Shown in pieces: positions 9,586 to 22,500 of a stretch of DNA of 64,000 bases. A program made the position numbers and the translations under genes. The notes below the pieces were generated by a model. It searched no databases. It saw nothing but the letters and a program-made list of their open reading frames with translations, and was not told the DNA's origin. Numbering within the stretch: position 1 is the first letter of the stretch; every line of letters begins with the position of its first letter. Source of the DNA: a virus; IMG/VR virus record IMGVR_UViG_3300027709_000056, positions 32,001 to 96,000 of that record. One strand, written 5' to 3'.

Positions 9586-10029
9586 ATGAGCGTTTCAAAT
9601 AGAGAATTATACAAACAAATAGTAGTAGAGACTGGTAAGAAAGCACCTTCTCCTGTTAAGAGTAGAGCGTATCGAGGGTTGAGTACTGTTGACCCTGCTA
9701 ACAATAGTCATATACTATATGATATTCAATTAATTAAACAAGATATTATAAATCATTTCCATATACGCCAAGGAGAGAAGTTAGAAAATCCAGAGTTTGG
9801 AACTATTATTTGGGACGCCATATATGAGCCTTTAACAGAGGGATTAAAAGAAACAATTGCAACTAATGTTACAGATATTGTTAATTCAGATCCACGGGTA
9901 GTAGCAGAGAGTATTCTTATTGATTCATATGAAAGTGGAATTATAATTGATTGTACATTAACGTATCTACCGTACAATATTTCGGAGCAAATGAGATTAA
10001 AATTTGATGAGGGTGCGATACCATCTTAG
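9586..10029 (+). CDS. gp25: Baseplate wedge subunit (T4 gp25-like)
   Basis: IKQDIINHFHIRQGEKLENPEFGTIIWDAIYEP motif; 147 aa; between the spike and gp6. Confidence 0.85.
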   Translation: MSVSNRELYKQIVVETGKKAPSPVKSRAYRGLSTVDPANNSHILYDIQLIKQDIINHFHIRQGEKLENPEFGTIIWDAIYEPLTEGLKETIATNVTDIVNSDPRVVAESILIDSYESGIIIDCTLTYLPYNISEQMRLKFDEGAIPS

Positions 10030-10063
10030 GTGGATAATTAAGTATGCATTTAATGAAATCAAA

Positions 10064-10069
10064 TAAATA
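10064..10069 (+). promoter_or_regulatory. Putative late promoter (TAAATA)
   Basis: aTAAATAtaattaataggg, nearly identical to TAAATAtagttaatagggg at 32829; upstream of gp6. Confidence 0.65.
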
Positions 10070-10088
10070 TAATTAATAGGGAAAGATA

Positions 10089-13000
10089 ATGTCAGTAACC
10101 AATAGACAAAATAGATTACTTCTTTCAGAGGATTGGAAACGAGTATATCAAAGTTTTAGAAACGCAGATTTCAAGTCTTATGACTTCGATAGTTTACGCC
10201 GTACGATGATTGCGTATATAAGGGAAAATTATCCTGAAGATTTTAATGATTATATTGACTCTAGTGAATATCTAGCTTTAGTCGATCTTATTGCATTTTT
10301 AGGACAAAATATTGCTTACCGTATTGATCTTAATTCTAGGGAAAATTTTCTTGAATTAGCTGAACGCAGAGATTCAGTATTACGTTTAGCACGACTATTA
10401 TCATATAATCCAAAGCGTAATCAAACAGCTAATGGACTAATAAAATTTGATGCTGTTTCTACATCAGAAGAAGTAGTAGACTCTAATGGTACTAATTTAG
10501 CTAATCAAACAATTGTATGGAATGACCCGGCTAATCCAGACTGGAAAGAACAGTTTGAAAAAGTTCTTAATGCGGCATTGCCAATTAATTCTATTGTTGG
10601 AAAACCAGTTAAAAAAGATATTGTAGAAGGTATAATAACACATCAATATAGATATAAATCAAGTAATACTGATGTTCCTGTTTATAGTTTTGCTAAAAAC
10701 ATAGATGGAAGAAATATACAGTTTCAAATAGTTTCAACAGATGTTACTGATGGAGTTATATCTGAAGAAGCACCGTTACCAGGTAACAGTTTAGCATTTT
10801 TATATAGAGATGATGGACGAGGGCCTGGAAGTAGTAATACAGGTTATTTTTGTCATTTCCGTCAAGGAACAATCGACCAAGGCGGCTTTACAGTTGATGC
10901 ACCAAGTACTAATCAATCAATTGCTGTTGACGCCACTAATGTTAATAATACAGATGTTTGGCTTTATAAATTAAATTCAATTGGAGCAGAATCAGAATTG
11001 TGGACTAAAGTTGATGCAGTTGAAGGTAATAATATTGTTTATAATAGTGTACGTAAAAAGATTAGAAATGTTTATGGTGTACTTACTAAAGCACAAGATA
11101 AAATTAATTTAATTTTTTCAGATGGTACGTTTGGAAATTTACCTAAAGGTGATTTTAGAGTTTATTATAGAACAAGTATTAATCAAGCGTACAATATTGT
11201 TCCTGAAGATATGACAGCTATTGGAGTATCAATACCTTATACTTCTGCTGTTGGAAATCAAGAAACACTTAACTTAACACTAGCATTAAAATATACTGTA
11301 GACAATAGTAGCACTTCAGAAACTAATGTAAGTATTCGTGAAAATGCACCAGCTACGTACTATACGCAAAATAGAATGGTTACTGGAGAAGATTATCAAG
11401 TTTCACCATTAGGTATTAGTCAAGAAATTATTAAAGTTAAAAGTGTTAATAGAGCGTCTAGCGGTATTTCACGTTACTTTGATTTACTAGATAGTACAGG
11501 AAAATATTCAAGCACAAATTTATTTGGTAATGATGGTGTATTATATAAAGAAACATTAACCAAATATAAAAATTTTACGTTTGTAACAAAAATTGATATT
11601 GAAGGAACAATAGTAAACACTATTGAGCCTATATTAGCCGAAAAACAATTATTAAATTATTACTTAACACATTTTCCTAAAACAATCGTTTCAGATTTAG
11701 GAGCTCTTTGGGTTCAAACAACAACAGGTACTAATTTAACAACTGGACATTTTGAAGATTCAGATGGAACAAAATATCAAGTAGGTACTTATACAGGTAG
11801 TGCTTTAAGATTTATTGAACCAGGTACATTAATAAAATTTACAGCACCGGCTGGATATCATTTTATGAAAGATGGTACACTAATGACTGGTGCCGCTGAT
11901 CATGTTGATGCACTTGAGTATAAGTGGGTAAAAGTTATTAGTGTTGTTGGCGACGGAACTGCCGATAATGCTGATGGATCAGGACCGATTATACTTAATG
12001 ATGTAATTCCTGCAACGGCTGTATTAAATGAAGTTGTACCAAAGTTTTCTAAGTCAATAGAGTCAGCTGTACAAACACAAATTATTGATCAAATTTACGC
12101 AACTAAAACATTTGGTTTACGTTACGACATTAATTTAAGACAATGGCGTGTAATTTCTGAAAACAATTTAAGCATTCTAGGAGATTTTAGTACAGGTAAA
12201 ACAGGAGATACTACTAATCAACAATTAGATGCAAGTTGGTTATTACTATTTGAAACTGACGGTGAAAAGTATACAATTACATATCGTTCTTTAAGGTATA
12301 TTTTTGAAAGTGCCGCAGAGATTAGATTCTATTTTGATAGTAGCGATAAAGTATTCGACAATAAAACAGGACAAATTATTAAAGATAAAATTTCAGTCTT
12401 ATCTATTAACTTAAAGCCTGATTTACTTACGCCATTTAATGGTAACCATGATTGGGAAATTAGTGATGCATACCGTGATGCTGATGGATATGTTGATAGT
12501 AAAAAAATTGAAATTAGTTTTTATGATGATGATGAAGACGGAGTAGTAGACGATCCAGAAACATTTATTAAAGTAGTTAATGAAACAACTAATCCATTAA
12601 CGAAATACATTTTTCAAAAGAAATATATTACTACTGATGGAACAGAAGATTATAGTTTTGTAAGTACTGAAGAAGAAAGTATTTTAACAAAACAAAATGA
12701 AAGTTCAATAGGAGCATTAAGTCAGTATACTGCTGGACAAGTATTCTATCTAGCTACAGAAGACGTATTTAAAAAGTATACAGATGGAGCACTAGCATTA
12801 ACAACTGACTATAAATCATATGTCGGAAGAAGCGGACTTAAATTTCAATATATTCATGCGGCAGATGATGATAACAGAATTGATCCTAGTAGCAGTAATA
12901 TTATTGATACGTACCTATTAACAAAACAGTATGATAATTCGTTTAGAGAATATTTAGATGGTACACTAACTTCAAAACCGTTGCCGCCAAGTAGTGATAA

Positions 13001-13550
13001 CTTGTATAATAATTATGGTTCAGAAATTAACAAAATTAAGTCAATTAGTGACGAAGTCATTTACCATCCTGTAAAATATAAAGTTTTATTTGGAGCAACT
13101 GCTGACCTTGATTTACAAGCTACTTTTAAAATAGTTAAGAATCCTGATCAAGTTGTTAATACTAATGCACTTAAGGCATCTGTTATTTCATCAATTAATC
13201 AATTTTTTGCTTTAGATAATTGGGATTTTGGAGATACATTTTACTTCTCAGAGTTGAGTACTTATATTATGGCTACCGTTGCACCAGATTTAGTAACAAT
13301 TGTAATTGTTCCTAATCAAGAGTTGCAAGGGTTTGGTAGTTTATTTGAAGTTAAGTCTGAATCAGATGAAATTTTTATTAGTGGTGCAACAGTTGACAAT
13401 ATTGAAGTTATAGATTCTGTTACAGCAAGTAGACTTAAAGCATCTGGTAAAGTTTTAACAGTTGCATCTAGCACAAATGCAGGTCTGCAAAGTGCTGGGA
13501 CATATACATCGGGTACTATTACATCAAGCTCTGGGGGGACTAAAATCTAA
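10089..13550 (+). CDS. gp6: Baseplate wedge subunit (T4 gp6-like)
   Basis: YDFDSLRRTMIAYIR..YPEDFNDY..SS...LVDLIAF...RENFLELAERRDSVLRLARLLSYNP and SIRENAPATYYTQNRMVTGEDY are classic gp6/BaseplateJ motifs. Confidence 0.9.
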   Translation: MSVTNRQNRLLLSEDWKRVYQSFRNADFKSYDFDSLRRTMIAYIRENYPEDFNDYIDSSEYLALVDLIAFLGQNIAYRIDLNSRENFLELAERRDSVLRLARLLSYNPKRNQTANGLIKFDAVSTSEEVVDSNGTNLANQTIVWNDPANPDWKEQFEKVLNAALPINSIVGKPVKKDIVEGIITHQYRYKSSNTDVPVYSFAKNIDGRNIQFQIVSTDVTDGVISEEAPLPGNSLAFLYRDDGRGPGSSNTGYFCHFRQGTIDQGGFTVDAPSTNQSIAVDATNVNNTDVWLYKLNSIGAESELWTKVDAVEGNNIVYNSVRKKIRNVYGVLTKAQDKINLIFSDGTFGNLPKGDFRVYYRTSINQAYNIVPEDMTAIGVSIPYTSAVGNQETLNLTLALKYTVDNSSTSETNVSIRENAPATYYTQNRMVTGEDYQVSPLGISQEIIKVKSVNRASSGISRYFDLLDSTGKYSSTNLFGNDGVLYKETLTKYKNFTFVTKIDIEGTIVNTIEPILAEKQLLNYYLTHFPKTIVSDLGALWVQTTTGTNLTTGHFEDSDGTKYQVGTYTGSALRFIEPGTLIKFTAPAGYHFMKDGTLMTGAADHVDALEYKWVKVISVVGDGTADNADGSGPIILNDVIPATAVLNEVVPKFSKSIESAVQTQIIDQIYATKTFGLRYDINLRQWRVISENNLSILGDFSTGKTGDTTNQQLDASWLLLFETDGEKYTITYRSLRYIFESAAEIRFYFDSSDKVFDNKTGQIIKDKISVLSINLKPDLLTPFNGNHDWEISDAYRDADGYVDSKKIEISFYDDDEDGVVDDPETFIKVVNETTNPLTKYIFQKKYITTDGTEDYSFVSTEEESILTKQNESSIGALSQYTAGQVFYLATEDVFKKYTDGALALTTDYKSYVGRSGLKFQYIHAADDDNRIDPSSSNIIDTYLLTKQYDNSFREYLDGTLTSKPLPPSSDNLYNNYGSEINKIKSISDEVIYHPVKYKVLFGATADLDLQATFKIVKNPDQVVNTNALKASVISSINQFFALDNWDFGDTFYFSELSTYIMATVAPDLVTIVIVPNQELQGFGSLFEVKSESDEIFISGATVDNIEVIDSVTASRLKASGKVLTVASSTNAGLQSAGTYTSGTITSSSGGTKI

Positions 13551-16500
13551 TGCCATTTACTGATGACCAGCATGAGTATCCACTTCCAGGGTCAGGTAAA
13601 AAACCCCCAAAAAGAGAAAGTGCTGAATTACTTCCAAGATATTTTAGAACTCAACATAATAAGAAGTTTCTAAATGCAACTTTAGATCAACTAAACCAAC
13701 CAGGTGTAGCTGAAAAATTAAGTGGATATTTCGGACGTCGTACGGCTAAAGCATATGAAGCCGGCGATACTTATATTGCTGAAAATAATAGTGATAGAGA
13801 AAATTATCAATTAGAACCAGCCGCAGTAATTAAAGATGATTTAAATAATGTAACTTTTTATAAAGATTATTTAGATTATATTAATCAGACAAGAGCATTT
13901 GGCGGTACAGTTGATAACCATGATAAATTAAATAGCCAAGAATATTATGCTTGGAATCCTAATATTGATTGGGATAAATTTACTAACTTTAGAGAATATT
14001 ACTGGTTACCAGGAGGCCCAATTGGTATTGGTATTGTTGGTCAAGCCGATAATATTATAAGCACTTATAAAGTAACTAAAAAAGATAACTTAGATAACAA
14101 TGGTTATGTTTTTACTCCAGACGGATTAACACAAAATCCAACATTAAAATTATATAGAGGGCAAACCTACATCTTTGAAATTGATGCATTAGGAATGCCA
14201 CTAACTTTTAGAACTGCACGTTCATTAGATCCTAGTTTATTATATTCTAAAGGATTAGATGATAGTACTCAGACTGTTGATGTAGGAACAATTACTTGGA
14301 CTATTGATAATTCAGCACCTGATACATTATATTATGTAAACGGAAATGATATTAATGCAAGTGGATTAATTCAAATTGCAGATGCAATTGAAAATTCTTC
14401 AATTGATGTAGAAAACGAAATCGTTGGTAAAAAGACTTATACAATGACAAATGGTTATTCATTGTCTAATGGTATGAAAGTTTACTTCCAAGGGAATGTA
14501 ACACCAACAAAGTATGCTACAGGTGAATGGTATGTTGAAGGTGTAGGAAATGAAATTAAATTAGTTCACGAAAAAGATTTAGAAATTCCTGCTACGTATT
14601 CAACAAATAAACCTGTACCATTTGATACTGAAGGATTTGATAGACTGCCTTATAGTAATGCTAATAGTTTTGCAGGCGTTAAAGATTATCTTGTAATTAA
14701 TAGAGCATCTAGAAGTAGAAGTCCATGGACAAGGTATAACAGATGGTTTCATAGAGATGTTATTGAAACAGTTGCAACTATTAACGGCACACCAACAGAA
14801 ATAGATCAAGATTATAGAGCAAAACGTCCTATTATAGAATTTGAAGCAGGATTAAAGTTATATAATTTTGGTACTAGTGCTAAAGATGATATTGATTTAC
14901 TTGATACATTTACTAAAGATGTTTTTTCAGATATAGAAGGAGCAACAGGATATAATATTGATGGTTTAGATATTGTTGATAATATGAGAATATTATTTAC
15001 TGCTGATCCAGATAGTAGAGTAAAAGGAAAAATTTTTAAAGTAAAGTTTATTACACATAACCTTGTAAGACAAATTAGTCTTATTGAAGAAACAGATACA
15101 AATCCAATCGAAAATGAAACAGTATTAGTTAGAAATGGTGAAACTTATAAAGGTAAAATGTGGTTTTATAATGGCACCGATTGGAAAGCAGGTCAAGATA
15201 AAACTATTATAAATCAGACACCGTTATTTGAATTATATGATAGTGTAGGATATAGTTTTGCAAATAACACTTATTATGCGGCATCAACATTTAAAGGAAA
15301 TAAAGTTTTTAGTTATAAAGTTGGTGCAGGAACTGTCAATGATGCAGAGTTAGGATTTTCTTTAAGTTATAGAGCACTAGAAAACACTGGTGATATTTTA
15401 TTTGATTTTAATTTGTTAAGTGACAATTTTGCATACCAAAAAGACAATGCAGTTTTAACAAAAAATACAGATATAGGATTGTTACGAGTTTATACTGCTA
15501 TTAATACATTTACATATACTTCAGGATGGATTAAAGCGAAAGCTAATAGTCGTCAACACGTTATAAGACAGTATGTTGTAACTACAAAATTTAATGATTT
15601 TGCTATTGATGTTTATGACCGTAGTGGTGACCTAAATGATCTATGGGACAGAGTTTATGTTAATAATGTAAGACAATATAACGGAGTAGATTATGTACTT
15701 AATAGAATTAATGGTACAGCCTTTGTTACTTTTGTAAAAAAATTAAAAGAAGATGATGTATTATTAATTAAAACTAATAGTGCTACAAAGAAAAACGTTA
15801 ATGGCTATTATGAAATGCCATTAAATTTAGAAAGAAATCCATTAAACAACAATGTTCTTACTTTTACTTTGGGTGAAGTAACAGATCACGTACAAAGTAT
15901 GACTGAATATCGTGATGATACTACTGGGACATTTCCTGGTAATACTAATTTAAGAGATTTAGGAGATCTTGCTCCATATGGTAGACGATTTGTTCAACAT
16001 AGTGGGCCAATAAATCTTGCATTGTTCAGTATAACAGATCAAGAATCAAATATTATTCATGCAATTAGACACGCTAGTAAAGAATACGGAAAGTTTAGAC
16101 GTTTATTTCTTCAGGAAGCAAACCAATTAGGATTTGATGGAGAAACAAAAGAACACTTTGACCGTGTAATGAAGAAAGTTGTTAGAAGTAAAACAAATGA
16201 TATGCCATATTACTTTAGTGATATGATTGGTATAGGAACGTCTACTAAAACAACGCATACAGTTGAAGATATAGATACAGTATTTTATGCCCTAGCACAA
16301 GATTTTGGTTTATCAGACTTATCATCAAGAGCAGTTTATGTTTATAAAAACGGAGTTCAACTTGTTCATGGTGTAGATTATTATTTTCCTGAAGAAGATC
16401 AACCAGGGTTTGTTGCTATTACTGGAACTAAAGTTATAGGCGATGTACTTGATGTTTATGAATATGAAACAAGTGATGGAAGTTATATTCCACCAACACC

Positions 16501-19500
16501 GAGTAAGTTAGGATTATATCCTGCATATAAACCATATAAATTTCTTGATGATACGTATCAAGTACCTACAGAAGTTATTCAAGGACATGATGGTAATATT
16601 TTTGTTTGCTATGGCGATTTTAGAGATGACTTATTATTAGAATTAGAAAAAAGAATTTATAATAATATAAAATGTGCATATGATAAAACAATTATTGACA
16701 TTCATGAGTTCGTTGGTGGTGAATCAAGAGATACAGGATTTACTAAATGGCAACGAGACAGAGCATTAATTACTGATTTTACAGCATGGTTATCTAATGT
16801 TGGTGATTTAGATTATAGTGATTATGGTTTTTATCAAAGAACAAATAGTTTTACATTTAACTATGGTAGTATGACATCTCCAAAAGGTGCTAAATTACCT
16901 GGTTACTGGCGAGGCATTTATAAAGAAGCATACGATACTGATCGCCCACATACACATCCTTGGGAAACATTAGGATATACACTTGAGCCGACATGGTGGA
17001 AAACTGTATACGGTCCAGCGCCTTATACAAGTGAAAATAAAATTTTATGGCAAGACATTGAAGATGGAGTAATTAGAGAACCTGGTAAATCATTAACATA
17101 TCTTCCTGCTTATGCTAGAAAAGATATTACAAAACATATTCCAGTTGATGATGTTGGAAAATTATTAAGTCCACTAGATAGTAACTATGCTAAAAATTAT
17201 GTTCTTGCATTAACAGAAGGTCCTTTTGAGTTTGGAGATGAAGCTCCAACAGAAACTGCTTGGCGTAGAAGTAGTGAGTATCCGTTTGCATTTATTGTAA
17301 GTTGGATTCTTAATCAACCAAGTAAAATTGTAGGACTAGGGTTTGATAGATCACGAATTATTAGAAACCCAGCTAAAGAAATTGTATATAGTGAGACTAG
17401 TAAAAGACTTAGATTAAAAGATTTAGTTTTTCCGAATACACATATGGATACAGTTAGGGTTAGTACATCCGGACTTGTTAATTACATTTTTGATTATATT
17501 GGTTCACGAACATTAGTATCTTATGATGCTTATAAGAAAAATTTAACAACATTAACTAATCAACTAGGATTTAAAGTTGCAGGGTTTACAAATAAAGCTA
17601 AATTTAAATTATTGTTAGATAGTAGAACTCCATATAATGAAGGGAATGTTTTTGTTCCTGATGAAAACTATAAAGTATTTTTAAATTCAAGTTCTGTTGT
17701 TGATTTAGTAAGTTATAGTGGAGTTATTATTGAAAAACAACCTGCAGGATTTATTGTAAAAGGATATGATAAAGCTAATCCTTACTTTAAGTATTTTGCG
17801 GTACGTGAAAGAGCAAATGATCCAGTTGAAAGAGTTGGTGGAGTTACTGATAGTTTTGTTATATGGAAATCAAACCAAACGTATGTTGAAGGACAAACTG
17901 TAGAATTTACTAACGAATATTATAGAGTTAAAGAAGGGCATATTAGTACTGGTGATTTTAATTCTAGCTTTTTTGCAAAATTAGTTGAATTACCAATATC
18001 AGGCGGAGTGTCAGCATATTTTAGACGCGAGTTTGATACTGAACCACCGTTTATTAATAGTACATTAGAATTATCATATGGACATTTATTTAGAACTGTT
18101 CAGGAAGTGGTTGATTTCTTATTAGGTTATGGAGCATGGCTAGAGTGGAAAGGCTTTGATTTTAATTGGTTTAATAAAGATATTAATTCAGTTGAAAACT
18201 GGACTTTAAGTGCTAAAGAATTTTTATTCTGGACTACACAAAACTGGAATGCAGATAGTGTTATAACATTAAGTCCTGCCGCTAACAAATTTAAGTTTAG
18301 AAAAGACTTTTATGTATCAGATAATATCTTTGATAGTTTTTATGATTATACACTCTTGAAAGCAGATGGTAAAAAATTATTACCTGAATTTGTTAATGTT
18401 TATAGAAGTGTTAATAATGAATTCCAAATAACAACTAAAAATAGTGCTGACGGAGTATATGCAGTTAAATTACCGCTAATACAAAAGGAGCACGTTGTTC
18501 TATTAGATAATCATACAGTTTTTAATGATATTGTTTATGATTTAGAACCAGGATATAGACAAGAAAGAATTAAAGTTTTAGGTTACAGAACAGATGACTG
18601 GACTGGTAATTTAAATATTCCTGGATTTATATATGATAATGCTATCTGTACTGATTGGATACAATATCAAGATTATGCTATTGGTGATACTGTACGTTAC
18701 AAAGAATTTTATTATGTTGCTAAAATAAAAATACCTGGGACTGAAAGTTTCGAAGCTGAAAACTGGGTACGCTTAGACGAAAAACCAACGTCCGAACTAA
18801 TTCCTAATTTAGATTATAAAGCAAAACAATTTAAAGATTTTTATGATTTAGATACTGATAACTTTGATACAGAACAACAAAGGATGTCACAGCATCTTAT
18901 TGGATATCAAAAAAGAAATTACCTTTCAAACATTATCAATGATGATGTTAGTCAGTATAAATTTTATCAAGGATTTATTCAAGATAAAGGTACACAAAAT
19001 AGTTTAACAAAATTATTCGATGCTTTAAGTAATGCAGATAAAGATAGTATTGAGTTTTATGAAGAATGGGGTATTAAATTAGGCCAATATGGATCAGCAG
19101 AAGCGTTTGACGAAATTGAATTTAAATTAGATGAAGCAAAATTTAAGTTAAGTCCGCAACCATTAGAGTTAGTTGATACTATTTTAGGAACAGAAACCGA
19201 TTTAATTTATAGACAAAGACCATTTGAAGTTTATCTTAAACCTAATAATTATGATCATAAGCCGTTTCCAACGAAATATAAAGCAACGGATTATATACCA
19301 ACAGCAGGCTTTGTTAATGAAAGTGATGTTAAGTTAACAGTTGCTACCTATGATGATATTTTAACTCAAGATATTAAAACTTTAAATGTTGGTGATTACG
19401 TATGGGCCGGGACACGAGGAACAACTTGGGATGTTGTCAAATATATTAGTACAACTGATAGAGTTACAGCTATAACTTCAGACACTGATGCTGGTACAAC

Positions 19501-22500
19501 TACAATAAAACTTAATACACAAGCTAGATATGAAGCAAATGAAATTATAGGTATTCTTGATGTAACTGATGCTGAGAAATTTTTTAAAGTTAAAAGTGTA
19601 TCATTAGATACTGTTATTTGTTATGCAAATGGTACTACAGAAGATGTAGAGGTAGCAACGGGATTTGTTACAACATTTACTTCTTCAAGAGTTGCTAGTT
19701 TAACTGAAGCAAATACTAAAGCTATTAATAGTTCATTAAAAGTAGGTGAATTATTTTGGATTGACGATGATGATTCAAGTCGTTGGATTGTCTTAGAAAA
19801 TAAACCTGCTTTTACTTCACATTCGTTAGTTACTAATCCTGAGTCAGGAATAGATCATGAATTTGGTAAAGTTATTGCGTCAGATGATAGAAATACTATT
19901 TTAATTGCATCAGCTCCAGGACTAGAAAAAGTTTATGTATTTTTACGAACTACTGAAGGTACGCCTTATGCACTAGCACAAGAGATTGATGCACCAACAG
20001 GACTTTATACAGGTAATGGAAAATTTGGTAGTAGTGTTGCATTAACTGATGACGGTGAGCATTTAGTTATTGGTGTGCCTGAAGCTAGTAATATAAAGAC
20101 AAAATTTAAAGGTAACTTTGATACTGCAACGTCTTATGTTGCGGGAGAACTTGTTAAGCATCTTGAAACATTCTGGGAAGCTCAATGGCCTGTTGCACCA
20201 GCAACTGGGGCATTAACATTTCCTAGTTTTGCTTCAACTTCTAAAATACAAGAATCTCATTATGATGCAGGAGCCAATTCGTATCCTACTATAGTGTTTG
20301 CTATAAGAGGTGATTATAATTTAGATGTTACAACAGATCATATATTAGTTAGAGCACCAACCAGTCAATATAATGGATCTGCACCTAATGATAAATTAGT
20401 TCTTAATTGGAATGAATTTTCACAAAATTATCCAACAGGAATTTTACCATGGGGATCAACAGGTCCTGGTGTAGCGGCATTTGAAGGAAGCAAAATTATT
20501 GCGGCTAAGATTGATGCTGTTTTATATGTTGACAACTTAATACGTGTTCCTAATGTTGGAGATTCACTTTCATCATCAGCGGCACTAGGAGAAGTAGCAT
20601 ACATTCGAATTGAAAATGTTAGTCAAGCAATAATTTATATGAAAGATGTTAGTGGACAGTTTTCTGCTACTGACGAAATTTTCTTAAATGCAGTAAGTTG
20701 CGGAACTTATACATTAATTCAACCAGAAGGCGGAGCAAGTACATTTGCTGGCTGGTGGAAGATAGATGGATTTACACCGTTTACTACAACACTTACTTCA
20801 GCACAAAATATTCAAACACCAAACTTTGTGCTCCAAGATTTTATATTACAATCTGAATCACGTTCACCTGTTGTATTTGGTAACACAATGGATGACGTTC
20901 GTGCATTAAGTTTAATTACTGATCCAACCAGAGGTGGTCGTTTAGGTCATTTAAGTTATTATGATAAAAATGGATTACCTAATTTAAGTGAACTTTGGTT
21001 TATAAGAGCTCCTAAAGTTTTTACAGATCCAGCTAATCCAACAGACCCATTAAATATTTGGGTTAATACTATTAGAGGTGGTGTTGAACCTATCTCAGTA
21101 TTTGACCCAGCAACGCTAGGTTTAACATTTAGTTACTTGAACGATACAACACATACAATTCATGACTTATGGTCAGGCTTTATTGATGTAACATTTACAA
21201 ACTTTGATGGTTTTGGGAATCCTTATATTCCACAAGAAGGTGATACTGTTATTGATGATACTACAGGCGCTGAAGCTGAAGTATCATATTTGCAAGAACA
21301 ATTATTAACGTGTAGATTATATTTAAAAAGTAGAGTAGGAACATTTAGGTTCGGAGTTAATAATGGTGAAACTAGTACCATTAGTATTAAAGATGCTATT
21401 AGCCTTGGTGTTAATAGACTATCGGGGAGATTAGATCATGCGGATATGGATAGTGCGACTACAGGTGAAATGGTTGTTGTTAAAAACACGGATTCAACTC
21501 AGTTTCCGGTTACTTCGTCGACTTTTCAAAACGAGTTAGAAGTACATTTTTATTCCAGCAGTACAGTTAGCGGAATTGCTCAAACACCGAGTTATCCTAC
21601 ACCACTGAATAAAGATTGGTTACAATATTATAATATTCCAGCTCATACTGAGGGTGTAGCAGGTTCGTATACTAATGAAGGAATGTATCTAGCTTATGCA
21701 AAAACAGATTCAAGAGAGTATTCATTAAATTATGGTTACATAATACCAGACAGAGGTAATAACAAGTATGTAGGAAAGCAATTAGAATTTGCAACAGATA
21801 ATAAGTTACATTATCTTTATGTTAGTACAGGAGACCTTAATACAGTAGGTAATGCTGGTAGAATTTATTTTGTTAAACATGGTACTGACGCTGATGCAAA
21901 TGAATATAGTTATGCATTAGGTAAGGACAAATATTATAAAGGAACATTTAGTAACAGTCAAACATACTTTGAAAATGATATAGTTTTATATACAAGTAAG
22001 TTTTATCAAAGTAAAACTAATTTAGCGGCTGGAGCCTTTCAGACATCTTTGTGGACAGAATTATCCACGCATATAGATTATGTAGGACATATTCCTAATG
22101 ATTCTGGTTTAACAGTTGATGGCGAAAATATTGCAGATCAAAGTACAATAAAGAATTTTGCTCAACCGTTTGCTGAAAGTAAAGACGGAAGTGTTTTAGT
22201 TGTTGTAGCAGAATATACTGATACTAATCCTAAAATTTTAATTTATAGATTAAACAACGGTCATTATGAATTTAGTCAAGTTATTGTAACACCTAATGCA
22301 GATATAGGATTTGGTCAAGCAATTGCAGTTTCAGATGATGGAACATTAGTTGCAGTCGGAGCCCCATTACAAGATGAGGTTAACGATAACAATGGTGCTG
22401 TTTATGTTTACAGACTAGTTTCTGGTAGCTTTATATGGTCACAAACACTTTATAGTCCGGAAGATGATGTAGCAGAAAGATTTGGGGCATCATTAGACTT

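Noticed and set aside
3907-13550. Bacterial extracellular contractile injection system or tailocin
   Set aside because: Adjacent gp55/47/46, T4-type late promoters and a phage-like gene density indicate a true phage.
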